DNA of 64,000 nucleotides, from NCBI GenBank assembly GCA_963755125.1, contig CAVWIP010000007.1:96001-160000 (forward strand). Direction: 5' to 3'. Of this stretch, positions 34,792 to 47,757 are shown piece by piece. The stretch's first letter is position 1. Every line of letters begins with the position of its first letter. The notes beneath the pieces are model-generated. The model made no database searches and had not been told where the DNA came from. It saw nothing but the letters and a program-made list of their open reading frames with translations. The translations under genes were made by a program, and so were the position numbers. The DNA comes from an uncultured delta proteobacterium (GTDB lineage Bacteria > Myxococcota_A > Polyangia > Fen-1088).

Positions 34792-35136
34792 CTACAGACT
34801 GGCGACCGCGGCCACAACCGACGCGTCGGGCGTCGCGCCGCCAACCGGTTTGGCCACGAACCCGACCTCGACCTCGTAAGCGGTTTCGCCCAGGATGACC
34901 GAGTTCATGTACACCTCGGCCCCCATGGCGGAGACCGCGGCTTTCGTCTTCACCTTGCCGAGAAGGCTGAAGGTCTGATCGCTGCCCGCCTGGACCCTGA
35001 TGAAGTAGCAGCCGGGAACCAGTCGGAGAACCAGCCCTCCCCCTGGAAGCTGCAGCATCTCACCCTCGAGATTCACCCGCTCAGCAGATAGCCAGGAGTC
35101 GACGGTCTCCTGGGGGATGAACAACTTCACGGGCAT
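34792..35136 (-). CDS. Hypothetical protein (114 aa)
   Basis: Globular-looking ORF (KLFIPQETVDSW...GETAYEVEVGFVA), co-directional with hemC. Confidence 0.7.
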   Translation of the reverse strand: MPVKLFIPQETVDSWLSAERVNLEGEMLQLPGGGLVLRLVPGCYFIRVQAGSDQTFSLLGKVKTKAAVSAMGAEVYMNSVILGETAYEVEVGFVAKPVGGATPDASVVAAVASL

Positions 35137-35299
35137 GTGACCTTGGATCCTCGCGGGTAACGCTGGTTTCAAAATAGCATCCCTTCACGGCTGCCACAAA
35201 CCGCAGCGAAGGTTGCCAGCATCCAATTCATTGCACGGAGGCCGCAGTGGACGATTCGGTCTCCCGCGACTGCTGCGACTGTGGTAAAGGAGCCGCACC

Positions 35300-35629
35300 A
35301 TGGCGAGCCAGAACATCGTTGTCGTCACGGACAGCAACTTCGAGAGCGAAGTCGTCAAGTCCCCGCTGCCAATCTTGGTGGACTTTTGGGCCACTTGGTG
35401 CACGCCGTGTCTTGCTGTTGCTCCCCATGTCGAGGCTCTGGCGCAGGAGTACGCTGGCAAGATTCGCGTGGGCAAGTGCGACATCGACGCCAATCCCATG
35501 GTTCCCACGCAGCTCGAGATCCGCAGCATTCCGACCCTGCTGATGTTCAAGGCTGGCCAAGTGGTCGGTCAGGTAGTGGGAGCCGTGCCGCGCGCGCGAA
35601 TTCAGGATCTGGTCAAAAAGGCGCTGTAG
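35300..35629 (+). CDS. trxA: Thioredoxin
   Basis: VDFWATWCTPC and IRSIPTL; 109 aa; AAGGAG SD. Confidence 0.93.
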   Translation: MASQNIVVVTDSNFESEVVKSPLPILVDFWATWCTPCLAVAPHVEALAQEYAGKIRVGKCDIDANPMVPTQLEIRSIPTLLMFKAGQVVGQVVGAVPRARIQDLVKKAL

Positions 35630-35641
35630 ACCCTCGGCGCT

Positions 35642-37129
<1,488 letters not shown>

Positions 37130-37282
37130 CGGGCGGGCCGTGCGATTGAAGGTGAAGCCTATATAGCAGAGGAGACCTGCGGTTGACAGTCAAGCATTGT
37201 CAGCCAGCCCGGCCGCCACAGCCACGGGCTGGCGGCCAGCTCGGGCGTGCCCACGCTGGCCTGGCCGGGCGGAAAGCCGCGC

Positions 37283-37723
37283 TCAGTCTTCGCTGGTTGC
37301 ACCCGCTCCGCCCATCTCCTCACCCGCGTTCGCATCGAGGGCGCCGCCGCGACCAGCCTGCTCAACCGCTGTCTCTTCGCGCTCGTGTTGTTCTTTGCAG
37401 TCGATGCACAGCGTGGTCACGGGTCGCGCAAGCAAGCGCTTGAACGAGATGGCCTCGCCGCACGATTCACAGGTATCGATCGACCCGTTGTCGAGACGAG
37501 CAAGCTGCTTGTCGATCTTGCCGAACAGGTACTTTTCGCGATCGTGAAGCCGCATTTCCGTGGAGAAGATCTCCTCCTCCATCGACTCGTCAATGGAGTC
37601 GCGGCCAATGTTGCGCTCATGGTTCATGGAATAACTGAGCGCGTGCTGGCCGGTCAGTGCCAGCCGCTTCTTCGCCCCTTCCAGAACCTCTCGAATTTGC
37701 GCCTTTTCGCTTTCGGTCAGCAT
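37283..37723 (-). CDS. TraR/DksA-family C4 zinc-finger regulator
   Basis: CESC...RLLARPVTTLCIDC and coiled-coil tip DSIDES. GAGGAGG SD before ATG 37723. Confidence 0.9.
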   Translation of the reverse strand: MLTESEKAQIREVLEGAKKRLALTGQHALSYSMNHERNIGRDSIDESMEEEIFSTEMRLHDREKYLFGKIDKQLARLDNGSIDTCESCGEAISFKRLLARPVTTLCIDCKEQHEREETAVEQAGRGGALDANAGEEMGGAGATSED

Positions 37724-37808
37724 GGTCCTCCTCGCGTTGCACGGGCCTAGGTGAAGACTTCGGTAGACCGGCCCCCCAAGTTTAGTCAACCACCACCCGC
37801 GCGGAAGC

Positions 37809-39014
<1,206 letters not shown>

Positions 39015-39213
39015 CCCCCATGAGTATTGCATCCGAACTCTGGTGAAGCCAAGCCTGTCAACCTCGATTGCAACGAAGCTCTTGCGTGCGCGGGGAAAAG
39101 GTGTTCCGCGGGGGACAGTCTTGGCCGCAGCGCGTGCGGCGACCTCGAACGGAGCCGAAAAAGAATCTTGGCGTCGTGCAAGCAGGCCGGGTAGATGAAT
39201 GCGAGTCAGAACC

Positions 39214-41034
39214 ATGTGTGGAATTGTTGGCTACGTAGGAGCACGTGAAGCGACGCCCATCCTGCTGGGCGGGCTGCGCCGCCTGGAGTACCGGGGCTAC
39301 GACTCGGCAGGGATCGCGGTGTGCAATGGTGGCGAGGCCCATCTGGTGCGCTGTCAGGGCAAGCTGGCGGCCCTGGAGAAGCTGTTGGCGGCGGAGAGTC
39401 CGGTGGGCGCGTACGGCATCGGACACACGCGCTGGGCGACCCACGGCCGGCCTTCCGACGAGAACGCCCACCCGCACAAGGCCGGCCCCATCTCGGTGGT
39501 GCACAACGGGATCGTCGAGAACCACGTTGAGCTGCGCGAGCGGCTGATCGCCTCGGGCCGCCATTTCTCTTCGCAGACTGACACCGAAGTGCTGGCCCAT
39601 CTGATCGATGAGGCCTTGCAGGCAGGCGCGGGCTCGCTGGTCGAGGCGGTACGGACGGCCCTGCGCCAGGTGACGGGCGCCTACGCCATCGCGGTGCTGT
39701 CTGACCGCAGTCCGAATGCGCTGGTGGCGGCGAAGAATGCATCTCCGCTGGTGTTGGGCGTGGGCAACGGCGAGACCTTCATCGCCTCGGATGCCCCCGC
39801 CATTCTTGAACAAACCCGCGACATGTTGTTCCTCGAGGACGGCGACATCGCGGAACTGGATCGGTCAGGCGCGCGCATCACCGATCTCGACGGAAATCCC
39901 GTGGTGCGCAAGCCGCGCACCGTGACCTGGACGGCCGGGCAGGCTGAAAAGGCCGGCTATCCGCACTTCATGTTGAAGGAGATCCACGAGCAGCCGCGCG
40001 CGGTGACCGATACCCTGCGCGGACGCCTGCTCCCCGACAGCAACGATGCCGTCTTGGAGGACCAAGAGGTGACGCCGCTGCCCGGCCGCGTGGTCATCCT
40101 GGCCTGCGGGACCTCGTATCACGCCGGCCTGGTGGGCAAGTTCCTCATCGAGAATATCGCGCGCATTGCTTGCGAAGTCGATCTGGCTAGCGAGTTCCGT
40201 TACCGGGAGCCGGTGGTTGGATCGAAGGATCTGGTGGTGGGCATCTCCCAGAGCGGCGAAACCGCCGACACCCTGGCGGCGATCAAAGAGGCACGGGCGC
40301 GGGGCGCGCGCACCTTCGCCATCTGCAACGTGGTGGACTCGGCCATCCCACGCGCCTCGGATCTGGTGCTGTACACGCACGCCGGTCCCGAGATCGGCGT
40401 TGCGTCCACCAAGTGCTTCACGGCCCAGCTCGCGGCGCTGGCGTTGCTGGCCATTCACCTGGGCCGACGCAACGGCGCCCTGGCCGGCGTGGCGGCCACC
40501 GAGCTGGTGGGCGAACTGATGCACATCCCGCACAAGATGAGCGAAACGCTCAAGGAATGCGGTGATCTGAAGGTGCTGGCCCACAAGTACAAGAACGTGC
40601 GCGACTTCCTCTTTCTTGGGCGTGGTACCAACTACCCCATCGCGCTCGAGGGCGCGCTCAAGCTGAAAGAAGTTTCGTACATCCATGCCGAGGGCTATGC
40701 CGCCGGCGAGATGAAGCACGGGCCGATCGCGCTCATCGGCGACGGTTTGCCTGTGGTCATCATCGCGACTCGGGGCAAGGGCTACGACAAGGTGTTGTCG
40801 AATTTGGCCGAGGTGCGCGCCCGCGAGGGCCAGGTCATCGCGGTGGCCACCAAGGGCGACACGGCGATTCTGCAGCACTGCGAGGACGTGCTGTGGGTTT
40901 CCGATGCGCCGTCGCTGCTGCAGCCGATGCTGACCGTGCTGCCCCTGCAGATGCTGGCCTACGCGGTGGCGCTGGCGCGCGGGAATGACGTGGATCAGCC
41001 GCGCAACTTGGCCAAGAGCGTGACCGTCGAGTAG
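39214..41034 (+). CDS. glmS: Glutamine-fructose-6-phosphate transaminase
   Basis: [31 protein letters not shown] and [11 protein letters not shown]. Confidence 0.98.
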   Translation: MCGIVGYVGAREATPILLGGLRRLEYRGYDSAGIAVCNGGEAHLVRCQGKLAALEKLLAAESPVGAYGIGHTRWATHGRPSDENAHPHKAGPISVVHNGIVENHVELRERLIASGRHFSSQTDTEVLAHLIDEALQAGAGSLVEAVRTALRQVTGAYAIAVLSDRSPNALVAAKNASPLVLGVGNGETFIASDAPAILEQTRDMLFLEDGDIAELDRSGARITDLDGNPVVRKPRTVTWTAGQAEKAGYPHFMLKEIHEQPRAVTDTLRGRLLPDSNDAVLEDQEVTPLPGRVVILACGTSYHAGLVGKFLIENIARIACEVDLASEFRYREPVVGSKDLVVGISQSGETADTLAAIKEARARGARTFAICNVVDSAIPRASDLVLYTHAGPEIGVASTKCFTAQLAALALLAIHLGRRNGALAGVAATELVGELMHIPHKMSETLKECGDLKVLAHKYKNVRDFLFLGRGTNYPIALEGALKLKEVSYIHAEGYAAGEMKHGPIALIGDGLPVVIIATRGKGYDKVLSNLAEVRAREGQVIAVATKGDTAILQHCEDVLWVSDAPSLLQPMLTVLPLQMLAYAVALARGNDVDQPRNLAKSVTVE

Positions 41035-41064
41035 CGGCGTCGGCTGGGGAAGGCGCGGAGAAAC

Positions 41065-42159
41065 TCAGAGGCCCGAGTCAGCGCCAGCGCAGACACCGTC
41101 GTGGGCGGTGCGAACCCCGACCGCGACCGCGCAACTCGCGTTCGTGTACGATTTTCCATCGCACCCACAGACCGGTTTCAGTTCTCCACCGCAGTCCGCC
41201 GTCGAGAAGGCGAGACATCCACCGGGGCCAGAGCACCCCGAGCCCGAGCAGAACTCGATGTTGGTACATTGGCTATCATCCACACAGGAGATCGTCGTCC
41301 CCGGAGGAGGTGACGTACACAGGTATGGGATACTCGCATCGTAGCAGCGGCCTGTGATGGAGCAGCACTGCTGGCCCTGCGGACATTGGTCGCTCGTTGC
41401 GCAGTAGATCACGGGAGTACGCGGGCTGCCAGGCATTGCGTCGGGATCCACTGGGGTGCCGCACGGGAAGTGAGATAGCGTGGAAACGCCGGCTCGGCAG
41501 GCCGACTGAACATCCGGGTAGGTAACCCCGTCGCACCCGCAGTATTGCGCGGTTCCCGAACTGTAGCCGCAATTCGAACGTGATACGCAGGTCCCCGGTC
41601 CCTGGCAAAGGGCTTGACTCTCCGTCGAGCAGAACTGGGTCGGGCGGCAATCTGCGTTGGACGCGCAGGGGAGGGAAGCGCCGGTCGACGACGCACCCGC
41701 GAGGAAACCGCTGTCCGGCAGTGCGCTCGGGAGGGAACCGTCGTTCGACGGTACGCTCGGTTTCGGGCAACTCGTCCCCGCGGTCGACGGGTCGATGCAA
41801 TTCCCATCGAGCAAGCAGCAGATCTGTCCGGTGGGGCAGGTCACGCCGCCGCAGATCGCGGGCCTCGGCGTGGGTTCCGGACAATCGCTGGCGACTCGGC
41901 TCGGCGCCACGCAGTTCCCTGTGCTGAGGCAGCATTGTTGCCCCTGAGGACAAATCGTGGCGCCACAGATTCCGTCGTCCCCAACTCGTGCAACGGCTAG
42001 GCCGCTCCCGCTGCCCGAGCTGCCACCGGAAGCGTCGCTCGTGGCACTCGTGCCGCCACTCGACCCACCGCCGGCTGTCGCTGGGTTTCCTTTGAGCGGG
42101 TCGCGCCCGCACGCACACAGCAGGGACAGAAGCAGGAGAGCATTCGAGCAGAGTTTCAT
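41065..42159 (-). CDS. Cys-rich lipoprotein with Kazal-like repeats
   Basis: Signal peptide with lipobox-like LCACG, Gly/Ser linker, repeated CPxGQxCC modules and two CGCDGxxY Kazal-like motifs. Confidence 0.8.
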   Translation of the reverse strand: MKLCSNALLLLSLLCACGRDPLKGNPATAGGGSSGGTSATSDASGGSSGSGSGLAVARVGDDGICGATICPQGQQCCLSTGNCVAPSRVASDCPEPTPRPAICGGVTCPTGQICCLLDGNCIDPSTAGTSCPKPSVPSNDGSLPSALPDSGFLAGASSTGASLPCASNADCRPTQFCSTESQALCQGPGTCVSRSNCGYSSGTAQYCGCDGVTYPDVQSACRAGVSTLSHFPCGTPVDPDAMPGSPRTPVIYCATSDQCPQGQQCCSITGRCYDASIPYLCTSPPPGTTISCVDDSQCTNIEFCSGSGCSGPGGCLAFSTADCGGELKPVCGCDGKSYTNASCAVAVGVRTAHDGVCAGADSGL

Positions 42160-42347
42160 CTGGCGCAAAGGACCGCTCGGACTCTATCACCGCGCGCCTC
42201 TCGTGGAACACACGCTTTGCGGCCAGCGGAGCGATGCAGTGTGCCGCAGAAATACTAATCTTTGTGGCGATGAGGCGTGGATGTGATACAAATTGGCATC
42301 GTAGTCGTCATGTTTCTGTGGATATTCGGGGTGAGATCTGACGATTT

Positions 42348-44162
42348 ATGAGAAAAAAGGCAAAGATGGCAAAGACGGCAGTGAAGAAGAAGACAAAGTC
42401 GCGCCAGAATACGCAACTTCGAGGCAAGCCCGCCACTGCGGCTCAAGCCCAGGAGAAGATTCCCACTGGCGGCGAGAAGGTCGTGCAGTGCCTGGAGCGC
42501 GAAAGCGTGGAGATCATCTTCGGGTTGCCGGGCGGCGCCGCCATCCCGCTCTTCGACGCGCTCATCGGGTCGAAGATCAAGCTGGTCCGGGTTCGCCACG
42601 AGCAGGGCGCGACCCACATGGCCGACGGCTACGCGCGCGCGACCGGCAAGCCGGGCGTCGTGTTGGTGACCTCGGGTCCGGGCGCCACCAACACCATCAC
42701 CGGCCTGTACACCGCGCTCATGGACTCGGTGCCCATGGTGGTCATCACCGCGCAGGTAGTGCGGTCGCTGCTGGGCAAAGACGCCTTCCAGGAAGCGGAC
42801 ATGACCGGCATCACCTATCCCGTGGTCAAGCACAGCTATCTCGTGCGCCAGGCCGCCGACATCCCGCGCATCATCAAAGAGGCTTTCTACATTGCCACCA
42901 CCGGCCGGCCTGGCCCGGTGCTGGTTGACCTGCCCAAGGATCTGGCGGCCGGCCCCTGTGACGCTCCCTTTGTCGATTCGGTCGACCTGCCCGGCTACCA
43001 CGTGCCCAGCCGGGCGGAGGCGCAGGACCTCGCGCGGGCCGCGCAGTTTCTCGGCAAGAGCCGCCGGCCTGTGCTTTACGTCGGGCACGGCGCAGTCATG
43101 TCCGACGCGGGCCCGGCGATCCTCGAACTCGCCGAGAAGCTGCAAGCGCCGGTGGTCACCACCCTTTTGGGTAAGGGTGCGGTGCCCGAGGATCAGCCCT
43201 TGCACCTCGGAATGCTGGGCATGCACGGCACTGCCTACGCCAACAAGGCGGTGGCCGACTGCGATCTCATCATGGCTATCGGTGCACGCTGGGACGATCG
43301 CATCACCGGCAAGCTGTCCGAGTTCTGCCGGGACGCCGTCAAGATTCACGTGGACGTGGACCGGGCTGAGTTCGGCAAGATCCTGGTGCCCGACCTGGCC
43401 CTGTCCGGTGATGCGCGCCTGGTGATCGAGGATCTCATCCCGCTGGTCGACAAAGGCGAGCGGACCGAATGGTTGGAGCAGATCGCGGCTTGGCGCCTGG
43501 AATTCCCGCTGCACTACCCGAAGAAGGGTGGCTTGCGACCGCAACACATTTTGGATCGGTTGGACAAGCTGGGCGGCCGCGACTCGATCGTGGTCACCGA
43601 CGTGGGTCAGCACCAGATGTGGGCCGCCCAGTTCCTGCGCACCACGTGCAATCGTCATTGGTTGTCATCGGGCGGCGCCGGGACCATGGGTTTCGGCTTC
43701 CCGGCGGCCATCGGCGCCAAGCTGGGCCATCCCGAACGGCCGGTATGGGCCGTCGTCGGCGACGGCGGGTTCCAGATGACGCTGTCCGAGCTGGCCACGG
43801 CCGTGGTGCACAAGCTGGCGGTCAAGGTCATCATCATGAACAACCACTACCTGGGCATGGTTCGTCAGTGGCAGGAGATGTTCTACGACAACCGCCTGTC
43901 GGGCATCGACCTCGACGGCAATCCCGATTTCGTCAAGCTGGCCGAGGCCTACGGGGCTAAGGGTCTGCACCTGCGTCGGGCCGCCGACGTGGACCGCGTG
44001 CTCCAGGCGGCCATGGAATACGATGCTGGTCCCTGCCTCATCGACGCCGAGGTGGTGAAGGAAGGCAACGTATTCCCCATGGTGCCCGCGGGCGCCAGCT
44101 TCCGCGAGATGATCATCGATCCGCCGCGCGCCGAACCCGACGAAAGCGAGGAGCCGTCATGA
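42348..44162 (+). CDS. ilvB: Acetolactate synthase large subunit
   Basis: [33 protein letters not shown] and GDGGFQM..NN (TPP motif). Start at 42348 or 42366. Confidence 0.97.
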   Translation: MRKKAKMAKTAVKKKTKSRQNTQLRGKPATAAQAQEKIPTGGEKVVQCLERESVEIIFGLPGGAAIPLFDALIGSKIKLVRVRHEQGATHMADGYARATGKPGVVLVTSGPGATNTITGLYTALMDSVPMVVITAQVVRSLLGKDAFQEADMTGITYPVVKHSYLVRQAADIPRIIKEAFYIATTGRPGPVLVDLPKDLAAGPCDAPFVDSVDLPGYHVPSRAEAQDLARAAQFLGKSRRPVLYVGHGAVMSDAGPAILELAEKLQAPVVTTLLGKGAVPEDQPLHLGMLGMHGTAYANKAVADCDLIMAIGARWDDRITGKLSEFCRDAVKIHVDVDRAEFGKILVPDLALSGDARLVIEDLIPLVDKGERTEWLEQIAAWRLEFPLHYPKKGGLRPQHILDRLDKLGGRDSIVVTDVGQHQMWAAQFLRTTCNRHWLSSGGAGTMGFGFPAAIGAKLGHPERPVWAVVGDGGFQMTLSELATAVVHKLAVKVIIMNNHYLGMVRQWQEMFYDNRLSGIDLDGNPDFVKLAEAYGAKGLHLRRAADVDRVLQAAMEYDAGPCLIDAEVVKEGNVFPMVPAGASFREMIIDPPRAEPDESEEPS

Positions 44163-44205
44163 CCGCACCTGCGTGCCTGCCATCGACCCTGAGCGAGAGG
44201 AAATC

Positions 44206-44739
44206 ATGAGTGCCGCACTTGCCGCCCCCGTGGCCGTGGCTGAAGCCAATCCTTTGCACACCATCTCGGTGCTGGTGCGCAACCAGCCCGGTGTGCTGGT
44301 GCGCGTGGCCCTGGTGTTCGCCCGCCGCGGCTACAACATCGAGAGCCTGGTGGTCAGCCCCGACCCAAGCGACGCCGGCTTTTCGCGCATGACCATCACC
44401 TGCCGGGGCGCGGCCGACACCCTGGAACAGATGATCCGGCAGGTGGCCAAGCTGGTCGACGTGGTACACGCCATCGATCACACCGGCCAGTCGGTGGTGG
44501 AGACCGAGATCGCGCTCATCAAGCTGCAGGCCGAGGTGAGCGAGCGAACCGAGATCTTGCAGATCGCCGAGCACTACAAGGCCAAGGTGGTTGACTGCGG
44601 GACCGGCTCGCTCATTCTGCGGGTGACCGGCGGCAGCGAGAAACTGGACAGCTTCATCTCGCTGCTGCGCCCCTTCGGCCTGGTCGAACTGGTCCGCTCC
44701 GGCAAGATCCTGATGACCCGCGGGCCAGAGACGACATAG
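44206..44739 (+). CDS. ilvN: Acetolactate synthase small subunit
   Basis: HTISVLVRNQPGVL, RRGYNIESL and ELVRSG (ACT domain). Confidence 0.96.
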   Translation: MSAALAAPVAVAEANPLHTISVLVRNQPGVLVRVALVFARRGYNIESLVVSPDPSDAGFSRMTITCRGAADTLEQMIRQVAKLVDVVHAIDHTGQSVVETEIALIKLQAEVSERTEILQIAEHYKAKVVDCGTGSLILRVTGGSEKLDSFISLLRPFGLVELVRSGKILMTRGPETT

Positions 44740-44766
44740 AGACGATTCGGTGACTACAATAGCACG

Positions 44767-45663
44767 GTGACTGCTGAGGTCCCTGCCGAAGCTGCCGTGC
44801 GCGTGTCGCCCAGTCGCGCGCAGGCGGAGGCGTGGGATTTCGTCCTCGAAGCCGTAGGCATTGCCCACCGGATGGGAATAACCGAGGAGGGCTGGGCCGT
44901 GCTGGTGCCGCCCCCGCTGGTGGCCACGGCGCTGGCCGCGCTCGATGCCGCCGACCGGGAGGCCAGCGAGGAGCCGGCGCGCGAGCCGCAGGCACCCGAC
45001 CACGGGCGATCCTTTGTCGGGCTGGCCGCGGCGGCGACCATCGCGGCCTTCTTCTGGGTGTCAGGGCCGCGCGCTGGCGCCGATGCCGGCGGTTGGTTTC
45101 GCGCCGGCAGTGGCATCGCGGGTTCGATCGTGCACGGGCAGTGGTGGCGGGCCGTGACCGCGCTCACCCTGCACACCGATTTCATGCATGTCACGGGCAA
45201 CGCAGTGGCGTTCCTGGTGTTCCTTTCGGCGCTAGGGCGCTGGCTGGGCGGGGGTCTGGCGCTCCTCGCGACTCTGCTGGCGGGTGCGGCCGGCAACCTT
45301 CTCACTGCGTACGTCTATGGCAATCCCCACACCGTGGTGGGGGCGTCCACCGCAACCTTTGCGGCTTTGGGGTTGCTGGCTGGCCTGCAGTTCCTACGGC
45401 GCTACAGTGCACGAACAGTGGGTCGCTTCAAGCGCGCCTTTCTTCTGGCCATCGCGGCCAGCCTGGGCCTTTTCGCCATGCTGGGCGTGGGCGACCGATC
45501 CGACATGCTGGCCCATGCCGCGGGCCTGCTCTTCGGCCTGGGCTTTGGTCTGTTTCTCGGACACTTCGTGCGACGGCCGGTGAGACAGCCAGCACAGGCC
45601 CTCTGCCTGATCGCGACCGTGGCCACGGTCGCGGGTGCGTGGCTTCTGGCCTTCAGGCATTAG
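44767..45663 (+). CDS. Rhomboid intramembrane serine protease
   Basis: WWR motif, H..FMHVTGN, catalytic GAS and AHAAG. Confidence 0.92.
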   Translation: MTAEVPAEAAVRVSPSRAQAEAWDFVLEAVGIAHRMGITEEGWAVLVPPPLVATALAALDAADREASEEPAREPQAPDHGRSFVGLAAAATIAAFFWVSGPRAGADAGGWFRAGSGIAGSIVHGQWWRAVTALTLHTDFMHVTGNAVAFLVFLSALGRWLGGGLALLATLLAGAAGNLLTAYVYGNPHTVVGASTATFAALGLLAGLQFLRRYSARTVGRFKRAFLLAIAASLGLFAMLGVGDRSDMLAHAAGLLFGLGFGLFLGHFVRRPVRQPAQALCLIATVATVAGAWLLAFRH

Positions 45664-45803
45664 GTGCCGCCGATCGAGAATTCGTAGCTGGTTGACCGAC
45701 CGCGGCCCCGGCGCGCGGATCCGTTTCCGGCCCCGGCCCACCGGCCTCCGGCTTCCGGCTCCGGTGCTGCGAGGTCGCGCGGCCCATGGTATGTCAGCTG
45801 GCC

Positions 45804-47204
45804 ATGAGTAAGCGAAAGTCGTTCTCGCAGTCGGAGCTACGCGACCGCAGCGCCGGCCTGCGCCGCGAGTTCGAGGAGAAACTGGCCGCCTTGGTCGAGA
45901 TCCCGTCGGTGAGCATGGATCCCGGCCGCCGGACCGACATGGAGAAGGTCGCGCAGCAGGGCTGCGCGCTTCTGCGCGAGATGGGTGCGCAGGTCGAATG
46001 CATCGGGACCGCGGGACTCCCCCTGGTGCTCGGGCGCCTGGTGCAAGACGCGAAGTACCCGACGGTGACCATCTACAATCACCTCGACGTGCAACCCGCG
46101 GAAGCCAACGAGTGGCACAGCCCGCCCTTCAAGCTGGTCCGCGACGGTGACAGATGGCACGGCCGCGGCGCTACCGACGACAAGGGGCCAGCCCTGGCCG
46201 CGCTCTTCGGCGCGCGACTGGCTTTGCAGGACGGCGTCCGCCTCAACTTCCAGTTCCTCTGGGAAACCGAGGAGGAGGTGGGCAGTCCCAGTTTCGAGGG
46301 TGCACTTCGCAAGCTTGCCAGGGGCGGCAAGCAACGGACCCCGCTGCGTACGGATTCCATCGTGGTCTCCGACACGCTGTGGCCGCAGGCGGGTCGTCCG
46401 GCAATCCCGTATGGTCTGCGCGGCCTTCTCGGTTTCTGCGTGCGACTGCAGACCGGCGACAAGGACGTACATTCGGGGACGACCGGCGGTGCTGCCCGCA
46501 ATCCGTTGGGCGAATTGTGCGCGCTCATCAACGATTGCTACGACGCCCGCACCGGCAGGGTGAAGATTCCTGGCTTCTACCGCGACGTTCGTCGCGTCGG
46601 TGCGACCGAGCGCCGTCGGCTCGCCAGCGCCGGCTTTTCTCGTCGCCGCTTCCAGCGTGCGCACGGCCTTTCTAGCGTGCGCTTTGCCGACGACGCTCAC
46701 CTGCGCGAGGCCATCATGACCGCGCCCACCTTCGAGGTTCACGGCCTGACCGGCGGCTACACCGGGGCTGGCATCAAGACCATCGTGCCCCATCGGGCCG
46801 AGGCCAAGCTGTCCTGCCGGCTGGTGCCCGACCAGATCCCGGCGCGCATGTTTCGTCTGATTGAAGGTTTCGTGCGGCACCACTGCCCCGACGCCCAGGT
46901 GATTCACGAATCCTCGCTGTCGCCCTATCTCGTCGATCCGTCGGGTCCGCACTTGGAAGCCGCCCAGCAGGCCATGTACGAAGCCTTCGGCAAGCGGCCC
47001 GCGCTCACCCGCGAGGGTGGCTCGATCGGCGCGGTGGTGACCATGGATCGAATCCTGCGCGCGCCCGTAGTGTTGCTCGGACTGGCGTTGCCCGAGCACG
47101 GCTACCACGCCATCGACGAGAACTTCGACTGGGGCCAGGCCGGTCGGGGCATGGAGATGTTCTGTCGCTACTTTCACAAGTTGGCCGATCTCCCTCGACG
47201 TTGA
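45804..47204 (+). CDS. M20 family metallo-dipeptidase
   Basis: YNHLDVQP, GRGATDDKGP, ETEEEVGS, GGSI and HAIDENF. Confidence 0.92.
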   Translation: MSKRKSFSQSELRDRSAGLRREFEEKLAALVEIPSVSMDPGRRTDMEKVAQQGCALLREMGAQVECIGTAGLPLVLGRLVQDAKYPTVTIYNHLDVQPAEANEWHSPPFKLVRDGDRWHGRGATDDKGPALAALFGARLALQDGVRLNFQFLWETEEEVGSPSFEGALRKLARGGKQRTPLRTDSIVVSDTLWPQAGRPAIPYGLRGLLGFCVRLQTGDKDVHSGTTGGAARNPLGELCALINDCYDARTGRVKIPGFYRDVRRVGATERRRLASAGFSRRRFQRAHGLSSVRFADDAHLREAIMTAPTFEVHGLTGGYTGAGIKTIVPHRAEAKLSCRLVPDQIPARMFRLIEGFVRHHCPDAQVIHESSLSPYLVDPSGPHLEAAQQAMYEAFGKRPALTREGGSIGAVVTMDRILRAPVVLLGLALPEHGYHAIDENFDWGQAGRGMEMFCRYFHKLADLPRR

Positions 47205-47291
47205 TGACGGGCGGCTGTCCGTGCGTCGAGCTTCGGCGCGCCTCATGGCGAGCGCCATGGCACCGCGCACGCCCGGCGCTATGCTTTGCGA

Positions 47292-47756
47292 ATGTCTTCC
47301 CCCGACAGCCGACTCGCTGGTGACGAGCGCGCAAAGCCGCAGATGACGGCAACGCAGAGCCGTGGCGCCTGGAAGATTGTCATCTCCGTGGTCGTCGTGG
47401 CCGCAGCCCTGGGCGGACTCTTGTGGGCATCGACGCGGGAAGGCGCCGAGTACTACAAGTACGTCGACGAGGTCCTGGCGGACGCCGCCCGCTATCAAGG
47501 CAAACGCCTGCGCGTGCACGGCGACGTGGTGGAGGGCTCGCTGGAATCGGACAAGGCGTCGCTGCGCTATCGTTTCAAGCTGACCAGCCGGGCCCCGCGC
47601 GCGCCTGCCGTCATCGGCGCCGAGTTTCACGGCATTCCACCCGATACCTTCAAGGCAGGCGCGGAAGTCATCGCCGCCGGTGTGCTCGCGCCTGACGGAC
47701 GCCTGTTGGCCGACAAGATCGAGACCAAGTGTCCGTCGAAGTACGAGGCAAAGTAG
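47292..47756 (+). CDS. ccmE: Heme chaperone CcmE (CxxxY type)
   Basis: N-terminal TM, LRVHGDVVEGS, PDTFK and terminal KCPSKY. Start at 47292 or 47343. Confidence 0.85.
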   Translation: MSSPDSRLAGDERAKPQMTATQSRGAWKIVISVVVVAAALGGLLWASTREGAEYYKYVDEVLADAARYQGKRLRVHGDVVEGSLESDKASLRYRFKLTSRAPRAPAVIGAEFHGIPPDTFKAGAEVIAAGVLAPDGRLLADKIETKCPSKYEAK

Positions 47757-47757
47757 G

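Noticed and set aside
35300..35629. WCTPC instead of WCGPC in thioredoxin
   Set aside because: Within the normal variation of thioredoxin active sites.
39015..39213. glmS ribozyme upstream of glmS
   Set aside because: The conserved AGCGC..GACGAGG core is not present; the region looks like a divergent promoter.
45726..45765. Degenerate (Y)CCGGC tandem run
   Set aside because: Short, irregular, low-complexity GC sequence with no evidence of function.
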